Origin: Neoechinorhynchus agilis
Lineage: Eukaryota; Animalia; Acanthocephala
Direction of reading: 5' to 3'
Length of the DNA: 64,000 bases
Assembly (NCBI GenBank): GCA_051530055.1
Contig: CM121341.1
Span: forward strand, 7,108,784-7,172,783
A model generated the notes under the pieces. The model was given only the letters and a program-made list of their open reading frames with translations. It was not told the origin of the DNA and did no database searches. Below, piece after piece: positions 50,385 to 60,970 of the stretch; within the stretch, counting starts at the first letter, position 1; the number at the start of each line of letters is the position of its first letter. Position numbers and translations under genes: made by a program.

Positions 50385-52461
50385 CATTGTGGACGGTTTA
50401 AGATAAATTTAAGTATTTTCGGTAGAAACGAGCAAGGTATCCCGGTGAGAAAAATTCATTCTTTTTCTCTCAAGAAAAAGCTATTGAACATGTCGCAGCG
50501 GTTCAATTTCAGCCTGTTGTTTAGCAAGAATCTTTTTTAACCGAAAGGTTATTTAATAATTTGCACCTTTTCTTACCATTGTAGACGATTTTAGATAAAT
50601 TGCGCCAAATTTAAGTATTTTCGGTAGAAACGAGCAAGGTATCTCCCTGAGAAAAATTCATTCTTTTTTCTCCCAAGAAAAAACTTTGTCGCGGTTCAAT
50701 TCGTTGCTTAAAAAGAATATTTTTTGTACCAAAAACCTATTAAATAATCTTCTCCTTTTTTAGAACATTGTGGAAGATTTAAGATAAATTTAAGTGTTTT
50801 CGGTAGAAACGAGCAAGGTATCCCCCCGAGAAAAATTCATTCCATTTTCTCTCAAGAAAAAGCTTTGTCGCGGTTCAATTCGTTGCTTAAAAAGAATATT
50901 TTTGTACCAAAAACCTATTGAATAATCTTCTCCTTTTTTTAGTCCTTTTTGGAAGATTTAAGATAAATTTAAGTATTTTCGGTAGAAACGAGCAAGGTAT
51001 CCCCCCACAGAAAAATTCATTCGTTTTTCTCAAGAAAAAGCTTTGTCGTGGTTAAATTCGTTGCTTAAAAAGAATATTTTTTGTACCAAAAACCTCTTGA
51101 ATAATCTTCTCCTTTTTCAGAACATTGTGGACGATTTAAGATAAATTTAAGTATTTTCGGTAGAAACGAGCAAGGGATCCCCCTTAGAAAAATTCATTCT
51201 TTTTTCTCAAGAAAAAGCTTTTTCGCGGTTCAATTCGTTGCTTAAAAAGAATATTTTTGTACCAAAAACCTATTGAATAATCTTCTCCTTTTTTAGCTTG
51301 TGGAAGATTTAAGATAAATTTAAGTATTTTCGGTAGAAACGAGCAAGGGATCCCCCTTAGAAAAATTCATTCTTTTTTCTCTCAAGAAAAAGCTTTTTCG
51401 CGGTTCAATTCGTTGCTTAAAAAGAATATTTTTGTACCAAAAACCTATTGAATAATCTTCTCCTTTTTTAGTCCTTTTTGGAAGATTTAAGATAAATTTA
51501 AGTATTTTCGGTAGAAACGAGCAAGGGATCCCCATAGAAAAATTCATTCTTTTTTCTCAAGAAAAACTTTGTCGGGTTAATTCGTTGCTTAAAAAGAATA
51601 TTTTTGTACCAAAAACCTATTAATAATCTTCTCCTTTTTTGTTTGGAGTTTAAGATAAATTTAGTTTTTCGGTAGAAACGAGCAAGATCCCCAGAAAAAT
51701 TCATTCTTTTCTCAAGAAAAACTTTTCGGGTTAATTCGTTGCTTAAAAAGAATATTTTTGACAAATATTGAATAATCTTCTCCTTTTTTTAGTCCTTTTT
51801 GGAAGATTTAAGATAAATTTAAGTATTTTCGGTAGAAACGAGCAAGGTATCCCCCCACAGAAAAATTCATTCGTTTTTCTCAAGAAAAAGCTTTGTCGTG
51901 GTTAAATTCGTTGCTTAAAAAGAATATTTTTTGTACCAAAAACCTCTTGAATAATCTTCTCCTTTTTCAGAACATTGTGGACGATTTAAGATAAATTTGA
52001 GTATTTTCGGTAGAAACGAGCAAAGGATCCCCCTTAGAAAAATTCATTCTTTTTCTCTCTCAAGAAAAAGCTTTTTCGCGGTTCAATTCGTTGCTTAAAA
52101 AGAATATTTTTGTACCAAAAACCTATTGAATAATCTTCTCCTTTTTTAGTCCTTTTTGGAAGATTTAAGATAAATTTAAGTGTTTTCGGTAGAAACGAGC
52201 AAGGGATCCCCATGAGAAAAATTCATTCTTTTTTCTCTGAAGAAAAAGCTTTGTAGCGGTTAAATTCGTTGCTTAAAAAGAATATTTTTGTACCAAGAAC
52301 CTATTGAATAATCTTCTCCTTTTTTAGTCCTTTTTGGAAGATTTAAGATAAATTTGAGTATTTTCGGTAGAAACGAGCAAGGGATCCCCATGAGAAAAAT
52401 TCATTCTTTTTTCTCTCAAGAAAAAGCTTTGTCGTGGTTAAATTCGTTGCTTAAAAAGAAT
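50385..52461. repeat. Tandem array, about 178-bp unit x about 12, with higher-order duplication
   Basis: CGGTAGAAACGAGCAA recurs at about 50420, 50620, 50801, 50981, 51158, 51331, 51509, 51670, 51831, 52007, 52187 and 52367. Confidence 0.97.
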
Positions 52462-52496
52462 GATTAATCTTTACGAGATGCACTAAACATTTTAGA

Positions 52497-52778
52497 ATGA
52501 ACGCGATCATTTCACATAGATCGAGTCGTTTCATCTATAAATTGGAAGATCTTGAAAATCAAGAGATAATTTACTTTCGACCAGTTGAATTGGTCAAGTG
52601 CCGTACTTGTGGTACAATATATCGAAAAGTTCTGGTCAAGAGAATTCGAGACGACATCGCTATTGTTGCCAAGAACAATAATTTCAATAACAGTGCGGCT
52701 GGGAACTTGGAAGATGATTTAGCAAGTACATTAAAGAGATGTTGTGAGAAGGTGAAGAGTCTAAGTGAAAAGCAATAG
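52497..52778 (+). mobile_element. Short ORF resembling the C-terminal region of Maverick/Polinton-type integrases
   Basis: RFIYKLEDLENQEIIYFRPVELVKC...IYRKVLVKR resembles the tYkL.Dl..E.i.G.FY..EL.kv....y.iekvl.kr segment that precedes the chromodomain in these integrases. Confidence 0.45.
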
Positions 52779-53025
52779 AACTAAACGATTTTTAATTTAT
52801 TTTACAAAAACATTCGAGTCAATAAAGGACGAAATATTACATAAAAATTACACGTGCCCTTTAGGAAAAATCAGTTTATGGATGAAATTTTTAAACAGGG
52901 AAATACAAAAATGCCCGATATCCCGACTTCGCACAAGATACAACATTATTGAGACTTGAGCTGTGTGCATAAACGGTTTAGATATACAAGTTTCGTTTTA
53001 CAAAAATAGCGAGGAACTATTTAGC

Positions 53026-55824
53026 TCATACGACGGTCGATATTTTTTCTCCGATTCTGATCAAATGACAACTCACAGTATCGTAACTGTTTGAGAATCC
53101 ATTACATTCCAGTTCAGAGGAGCTGGTAGGTTTTGACTTTGTCGAAGACACATCTTCGGTCTCTTGTGAACATAGGCAACAAAACTGCTTTCTCACGACC
53201 ATCAGGATCAAATAGATCCCAAATACAAGTGCTCCACATAGTCCACATAAGGCAAAAAGACTCGTTGTGACAGTTTTTGTAGCATGAGCCTTTTTGGTGA
53301 GTTGTATATTTTTTAAATAAGCCAGCTTGAGTTCAGTACAATTAGGTTGCTCCTCGGAAATTATTGTTATAAAGTTCACTTGAGCACTAAGTGTTGGTCG
53401 GCCGTTATCTGAGAATGCTGCATTTATCTCAAAAGCGTGAGATTCATCTTCATTGGAAAGTGGTTTCTTTAACTTCAAAATCCCATCGTGCACGTAAAAC
53501 AAGTTCTGGTCCTCTATAGCATTCTGTACATTTCCGCCACCACCACCACCACCACTAAGATTAGGTATAAATCGCACTTTTAGACCATTAAAGGATATGA
53601 GTCCGTTCGCACCTTTATCCTTATCATGAATAACGAATTTTAGGCCATCGTCAAAAAGATCTGCACTTCTCGCACATACAATTGATCCATTCACGGGAAG
53701 CATTATGACTGGGGGATTATCGTTTATATCTATAATATTAACAGTTACCGTTGAATTCGACCTGAGAGTTCGATTGTGACGATCGGCTACAACAAGAGTG
53801 AATTCTACTTTATCAACTAGCTCACGGTCAATCGCTTTTTTCATTGTGAGTTCTCCGGTGTATCGATTGAGGTTAAAATGATTTAGGAAAGCATCTTCAG
53901 TATTAGAGAAAGGATATGCGAAGTATTCTACACCATTAAAAGGGTGATCATCCGCGTCCACTGCTTCAAAAAGTTTTATTGTTCGTCCTTCATATAAGTT
54001 GTTTTCTTCGACTGCTATAACATAGTTTGTTTCGTTAAGTAGAGGAGAATTGTCGTTCATGTCGAGGACGGATACTTTGACGGATGCTCTTGAAGATAGT
54101 TGGTTTGGTGATCCATGGTCACGGGCTTCTACATCCATGAGATATTCACGACTCTTTTCGCGATCTAATCGTTGTATTGCATATAGAGTCGTTCCTTTTA
54201 TAACAAATAAATCTGTATGGTTTAATAGATCCAAACTAACAGCACCGTTTCGTCCACTGTCAGCGTCGCTGACGGCCAAATGACCAACGATCTCATTGAC
54301 TCGATTGTTCTCACTGATTTCGAATTCGTAAAATGATCGACTAAAAACCGGGACATTATCGTTGGCGTCCAGAATTCGAATGCATAAGATTTGTTCTACG
54401 TGGCGAGAACCTTTTCGATGTCCATCCCAAGCACGAAATTTAAGAGTGTAGAATTCCCGTTTCTCCCGATCAATCGTCCTCACAAGTCTAACTGAATAAA
54501 TTGCACTTGATGAAAGACGGAAAATGTCGAATGGTAAAGATGAAGAAATGTTTTGAAGCCATAGACCGCTTCCATCTGGATCATCAAGGTCACTAAGACG
54601 AATGAGTGCGATTTGAGTGCCAACAGGGGCGTTTTCGCTTAGGTTAACGCAAGCGTTTGTCGGTGCTGGTCGAAGATTTCGTCCAGATCCGACGGTAAGT
54701 TCAATCTTAGGTTCATTATCATTCACATTAGTAACTCGAATTGTGACTGGAACACTTGAGTGTAGTCGGATTGGTCTACCATGGTCTGCAGCTGTAACAA
54801 TGAACGTAAAAGACTTTTGGAGTTCATAGTCCAATGGAGATATAAGCTGTAGCTTTCCTGAACGTTCTTTAATGCTTATTTTATCGTTTCTGTCAATAGA
54901 GTATGATATCCGCGAATTGAATATAGTTGAGTCGAGATCAAATGCGTTGACACGGCCGATTACGTGTCCAATTGGAGCGTCTTCAGGCACATCAAAAGTA
55001 TATCCATCCGGTTGATCAAACTGTGGAGAATTGTCGTTTTCGTCGGTAACATTCACTCGGAGTGTCAAACAATCGAATCGATTAACGTCGAGTTCATAGG
55101 CGCAAACATTGAGAACGTGAAATCCGGATCGCTCACGGTCTAGTGATTTGACAAGCACTAAACGAGGGCAATGGCTTCCTTCTTTAAGTTTATCTTCCAA
55201 ATCAAAATGCTTAGATGGATGCTTGAGTGAAATACGATGAATACCGAATTGAGGTGAATCCGGATCGTTGGCGCATGGTAAATCAATCGCTGTTCCAGTA
55301 GGAGTGCTTTCGCTTAAAACCAAATCGAATTTGTTTTTTGAGAAAGAAGGAAAATTATCGTTAAGATCACTGACTTGAATTGTGTGTTTTAGAAGAAAAT
55401 AAACGGGATATTCATCATTTAACGTTCGTTTTACTTCTAACATCAACTCTAAGTGAAGATCACATTTGTTACAGTTGCAATGTACAGGACAAATTGTTTC
55501 CCGATCAAGACTTCTCGATACGATCAATCGGCTTAATTCATGATCGAAATGGAGAAGATCATCAGGCGGTGATCTTAACAAAGTGAAGGACACGCTTGTG
55601 GAATCATCGAGCGTCCCGTCGCCCTTTACTAGCAATCGTCGATCTCTCAAAGTTGATCGATAATCCACAAGAACATCCCCAACGCTAATACTCTCAGGAA
55701 CGTGAAGTGTCTCCAGGTGAATTGTTTCTGGAATTTGCCGTCCATCACTCAATCGACTCGCCAAGATCATTAACAACAACAACCAGAAGCAATCATTCGC
55801 CGTTTGTTGTTGTAGTTCAAGCAT
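53026..55824 (-). CDS. Protocadherin with 7 EC repeats, TM and short cytoplasmic tail, intronless
   Basis: Signal peptide; linkers DLNDNFP, DENDNSP, NVNDNEP, DANDNVP, DMNDNSP and DINDNPP plus a degenerate EC7; LDRE/LDYE motifs; Cys-rich EC1; TM TSLFALCGLCGALVFGIYLILMVV; C-terminus STVV. Confidence 0.93.
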   Translation of the reverse strand: MLELQQQTANDCFWLLLLMILASRLSDGRQIPETIHLETLHVPESISVGDVLVDYRSTLRDRRLLVKGDGTLDDSTSVSFTLLRSPPDDLLHFDHELSRLIVSRSLDRETICPVHCNCNKCDLHLELMLEVKRTLNDEYPVYFLLKHTIQVSDLNDNFPSFSKNKFDLVLSESTPTGTAIDLPCANDPDSPQFGIHRISLKHPSKHFDLEDKLKEGSHCPRLVLVKSLDRERSGFHVLNVCAYELDVNRFDCLTLRVNVTDENDNSPQFDQPDGYTFDVPEDAPIGHVIGRVNAFDLDSTIFNSRISYSIDRNDKISIKERSGKLQLISPLDYELQKSFTFIVTAADHGRPIRLHSSVPVTIRVTNVNDNEPKIELTVGSGRNLRPAPTNACVNLSENAPVGTQIALIRLSDLDDPDGSGLWLQNISSSLPFDIFRLSSSAIYSVRLVRTIDREKREFYTLKFRAWDGHRKGSRHVEQILCIRILDANDNVPVFSRSFYEFEISENNRVNEIVGHLAVSDADSGRNGAVSLDLLNHTDLFVIKGTTLYAIQRLDREKSREYLMDVEARDHGSPNQLSSRASVKVSVLDMNDNSPLLNETNYVIAVEENNLYEGRTIKLFEAVDADDHPFNGVEYFAYPFSNTEDAFLNHFNLNRYTGELTMKKAIDRELVDKVEFTLVVADRHNRTLRSNSTVTVNIIDINDNPPVIMLPVNGSIVCARSADLFDDGLKFVIHDKDKGANGLISFNGLKVRFIPNLSGGGGGGGNVQNAIEDQNLFYVHDGILKLKKPLSNEDESHAFEINAAFSDNGRPTLSAQVNFITIISEEQPNCTELKLAYLKNIQLTKKAHATKTVTTSLFALCGLCGALVFGIYLILMVVRKQFCCLCSQETEDVSSTKSKPTSSSELECNGFSNSYDTVSCHLIRIGEKISTVV

Positions 55825-57849
55825 GATTAAAAAATAATTTATCTGAAAATGTGGGACGGACGTTATGGGAATGTTTAGAGTATCGCATTTCTCTTGATAA
55901 GTGCAGATAGCGATACTTTTTATTCTACTTCCACATTCAAATTAGTGTGCAAGAATGCAAATTTCATCAAAGATACATAACCCCTTTGGGTCTATCAAGT
56001 TCATGTGATGCTTTTAAAATTCAGACAAGATGATGTCGACTGAATCAAGAAGGGAAATTCGAAATAACTCCGACGAATTGATCACGCGAGTATCCTCTGG
56101 AGAACAAGTTGCATCCCCTGGCTACCATAAAAATTTACGACTGTAAAACGAAATACTTTAAGAATGGTCATTATTCCAGTAAATGTGCGTAGCTCAATTG
56201 TCGCTAATCGAAAAATAATAAAATGCGAATTTTTTATTATCTCACATTTTTGTGCGGCAACAAAAATAAATGGGAAAACGAGAAATATGCACTATCACAG
56301 CTTAGAAAAATTTATAAAAAGTTTGAGACGATAACTATCTTTTTTTGTGAAAGCAGTAAATAACCGAAGGATACATCTATCTTTTTTCCTCCGATGGCTG
56401 ATACATGCCAGAACCTTTTTTGTTGCAAAAGAGCAATGAAAAGATCCTTGTAATTGTCAGTAATTAATAACTTTGATAAATGGCAGAGCAAATTACTCGG
56501 TAAAAAGGGAATCTTCTCGGACATGGACTACTACTATACAGAACACTAAGAACTTAAAACGAACTTGTCGATCTTTAAAAGATTAGGCATTGGTGCAAAA
56601 AAATTGGCTAACGAACTTATGAGACTTTTATGCTGACTAACCTTTAAGGAAAGCCTTCTAATTGCCGGTGCTTTATATTTTTTTCTCTAAATGCCTAAGC
56701 AAATTGGTTAGAAGAAGAATAGAGTTTTCGATTGTTGGGAAAGTCCGCGTCTGTCTTAATATATGTGTAATTTTTTGAGACCATTGAGACCGACTTGCGG
56801 GGTGGTGTCTAGTAAAGAAGATAATCACTTTTGTATTACTATCTTGACATTGTTATAAGCAGTCCATTGTGAAAAAAGATAAGTTTTCCTTGGAGAATTC
56901 AGGGATTAGGCAGTTTTACTGATCTCCGACCAATGGCCGCCTTCTTTTCCTGTACACTCTGAGGGCACGGAATGTGCTTCAGGGCATTATATATCCCTAA
57001 ACCTCCTCCGGCTGCTCTATTATACACTTCCTTTCCATTTCCAACACAAAAGCTGAATGAAAGAGGAAGTCCTTGAAAGTGAAGAAAACTCTCTGATGAC
57101 CACATTATCCCATCATTAGTCCAAAAGTGGTGTTAAGCGGTATTAATCTTCGCCAGAACTGAAGCCGCAATTAATTGGAAATGTCACATTTGGCAAGAGT
57201 GCCCTCTTCTCAGATTGCGAAGGATCCATTAGATTGGAACGCTTTGGGCTCCTTGTGAAATTCAGCGCTTTTCGTGATTGACTTTAGCACAAACACACTC
57301 TCAAAATGAGTATGGCAAATATCAGAAAAGCTACCAAAAGACAGTCTGATTAAATTAATTGAATAAACAAAAAGTAGATTAAACAAATTCTCAAAGTGGG
57401 AATAAATGACGCGTCCAAAGTTCACCGTTTTTTTGGTTGCATAAAGTTACCGTAGTGGTGGTGGTGGTGCACTAAATGTTCCCGAGGATACGAAGCGAAC
57501 AATCTATTTTTGAATCTCGAAGGAAATCGGGTTTGCGAGAAAGGAAATGGTAAGCACCTGACTACTATGGCTATAGTGCAATCGAAGCGGAACGATCATT
57601 ATCGCCGCCAAACGATCATCGACTAATAATACGCGTTTCGTGAGATAAAAATTATCTAATATCCCCGGGATGGTCAGAAGTGTTGGTAGGTGGATAGCCA
57701 AAGGAAGACAGCATTCTTAGCAAATGGACGGTCTCTAATGTGTCTGCGATTGGTGGAATAAGAGATGGTTGAGCTTGTAATAATGACAGGACGATTGGAA
57801 CATTTTCCACGGATATGTGCCGAAAATTGATACCGCAAAAAAAGGTTGA

Positions 57850-59325
57850 ATAAATTCCCAAAAAAGATTCGGGGTTTTAAAAGCGTCAACGAGCGATATT
57901 CTTTTTTTAAGGATTTTGTACGATTCTACACAAATCACAAGCAAGAAAGCTTGACCAAATTCACTTCTAAAAGATCCATCAAAAAAAGATTTGGGTATTT
58001 AAAAGCGTAGACGAGATATCCTCGTTTTTAAGGATTTTGTACGATTCTACACAAATCACAAGCAAGAAAGCTTGACCAAACACCCTTCTAAAAGACCCAT
58101 CGAGAAAGATTTTGGTTTTTAGAGCATAAACGAGCGATCTTATTTTTTAAGGATTGTCTGCGATTCTACACAAATCACAAGCAAGAAAGCCTGACCAAAC
58201 ACCCTTCTAAAGGACCCATCAAGAAAGATTTGGGTTTTAAAAGCGTAAACGAGCGATCTTCTTTTTTAAGGATTGCGTTTAAAAGCGTCAACGAGCGATC
58301 TTTTTTTAAGGGTTGTGTGCGATTCTACACAAATCACCAGCAAGAAAGCTTGACCAAATTCCCTTCTAAAGGACCCATCAAGAATGATTTGGGTTTTTAA
58401 AAGCCAAAACGAGCGATCTTATTTTTTAAGGATTGTGTGCGATTCTACACAAATCACTAACAAGAAAGCTTGACCAAATTCCCTTCTAAAAGTCCCACCA
58501 AAAAAGATTTGGGTTTTTAAAGGCGTAAACGAGCGATCTTCTTTTTTAAGGAATGTGTTTAAAAGCGTCAACGAGCGATCTTATTTTTTAAGGATTGTCT
58601 GCGATTCTACACAAATCACAAGAATGCCTGACCAAATTCCCTTCTAAAGGACCCACAAAAAAAAGATTTGGGTTTTTAAAAGCCAAAACGAGCGATTTTC
58701 TTCTTTTAAGGGTTTTGTGCGATTGTACACAAATCACTAACAAGAAAGCTTGACCAAATTCCCTTCTAAAAGTCCCACCAAAAAAGATTTGGGTTTTTAA
58801 AGGCGTAAACGAGAGATTTTCTTCTTTTAAGGGTTTTGTGCGATTGTACACAAATCACAAGAAAGCTTGACCAAATTCCCTTCTAAAAGACTCACCAAAA
58901 AAAGATTTGGGTATTTATAAGAGTAAACGAGCGATCTTCTTTTTTTAAGGGTTTTCTGCGATTCTACACAAATCACAAGCAAGAATGCCTGACCAAATTC
59001 CCTTCTAAAAGACCATCGAGAAAGATTTGGGTATTTAAAAGAGTAAACGAGCGATTTTCTTCTTTTAAGGGTTTTGTGCGATTGTACACAAATCACAAGA
59101 ATGCCTGACCAAATTCCCTTCTAAAAGACTCACCAAAAAAAGATTTGGGTTTTAAAAAGAGTAAACGAGCGATCTTCTTTTTTTAAGGGTTTTCTGCGAT
59201 TCTACACAAATCACAAGAAAGCCTGGCCAAACACCCTTCTAAAGGACCCACAAAAAAAAGATTTTGGGTTTAAAAAGAGTAAACGAGAGATTTTCTTTTT
59301 TTAGGGGGTTGTGTGCGATTTTTAA
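57850..59325. repeat. Tandem array, about 120-bp unit x about 12, two units lengthened to about 160 bp
   Basis: CACAAATCAC recurs at about 57928, 58050, 58169, 58328, 58448, 58610, 58727, 58849, 58966, 59086 and 59206. Confidence 0.96.
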
Positions 59326-59499
59326 AACAAAGCGAATACACAAAACACTAATGGAAGAGGAGGAGGGGCATTTAACTCTAACCGGTCAGACGTTTCCGCT
59401 GCTGTAGACAAGAGTCGGCGAGCACATACCCGTCGTAAGACATTTGAGTAAGAAGCTCATCTTTAGAAGAGGACAATGAAAGTTTGCGCCGATGGTTGT

Positions 59500-60700
59500 C
59501 ATTAATTTTGTGATTAATATTCATGGTCCCTTAGCGTCTTCAGGCGGCCTTACTCTCGTTGTCTACAAGTTCTCGTTTAGACCAATTGGAACATGATGAA
59601 ATGTCGCGGAATCCCAAAATCGCAGTTCACCAAAACCAATTCTCGCCTCATCGACAATTTCTATATACGCAGGTCAGTTCCATTGTGTGTGTGTATTACT
59701 GTTATGGTCTACTTCCTCTTCGATATCATACATTTGGAAGTGGAGAATTCGGATGGGATTTGCCCTTGAATCGTCGTGCTCACTGACCATGATGATGAAT
59801 ATCGAATTCTCTGGTTTGAATTAGAACAGTGGTGTCAAACGGTCTTCGGTTGACAGGTCACCTTGGATAATAAGATCTAGAATGTTCTGCGAGATAGTGC
59901 GTCTAAATGATTTCCAGCAGTTTTTCCCAGAATCCCAATTTATGGAAAAACACAACGATAAGGTCGATCGAGTATCCGTCTTTTTTGTTGTGTCCTTAAT
60001 TTTCTAAATCCAAACGTTGGCATTTTGGATCATGACCCCTAGAGGTTGTGACAGCATTTTCGCTGTCCAAAGTCCCTCTTGTCATTCAACAAATGTCCAG
60101 ATTGACTCTGAAGATTACACATATACACCAGTCCCAATCGCATTCCAGTCTGACTCGTATGAGTCTGTTTATAGGCCAATTATTGGCTCTTCCAAAACTA
60201 TGTATAAACTCTCTCGCTTTTGGTATTTACGTGAGCTAAAAGATTATTGAATAGGATAAATGAGAAGTGACATCCAATACTCATTTTGCGCCGAGGCAGT
60301 GCTTCTTGTGCCCGTCGCCTACATATCTTACAAAGAACCGGCAAAAGATAGGGAAAAAGGAACCGAGCACCTCTTGCCACCTGACAAGTAATCTTTTGTG
60401 GTGGAGTACTGCCTCGGTCGATCTTAACTTGATTATACAATCAAAAATGGTCAACGCGTTTGGGTGTGGAAAAGAGACAGTGCAGGGTCAACAAGGCCTC
60501 ATCGATATCTACCCCGTTTTGAGGAGATCTTTTATCTCCAATCTGACGGTGATGAAGAGAATTCGCATGCACTGGAAATCTTCATGCATCGCCTCAAAAA
60601 ATGATTGCTTACTCTGGTATGGCTGTGACCCTTTCAGGACGCCAAATATCACACCCCGAAACCATAAGCTGATTTCTCTAAAGACAACTTTGCCTCTGGT
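59500..60700 (-). mobile_element. Possible heavily decayed LTR-retrotransposon pol remnant
   Basis: GC-richer stretch. Minus-strand fragments LEIKDLLKTG*I, TDSYESDWNAIG and ILGKTAGNHLDALSR occur in RT then RNase H order, but are full of stops. Confidence 0.3.
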
Positions 60701-60970
60701 CGTTTAATTGAGCTCTCGCGACAAAAGATACCGACAAAATGTAACGGGTCGCTTATGTTTTATTACGGACAATTCCGTTTTTTTTCAGAAAAACGATCAA
60801 ATCTATGAGTATTTAATTTTCTATACGTTCTAATGAAATTGGACAAGAGAATTTGCACTTTTTAGTCGTCAAAATTATAACATTTGATGAAAAAAAATTG
60901 AGAATTTTTTCTAAACATTTTTATTTACGTTCCCTTACATAGAAAAAAATTAAGATTTTTGTGGCAAATA

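Noticed and set aside
57480-57850. LNLEGNRV as a leucine-rich-repeat remnant
   Set aside because: A single motif amid many stops; insufficient.
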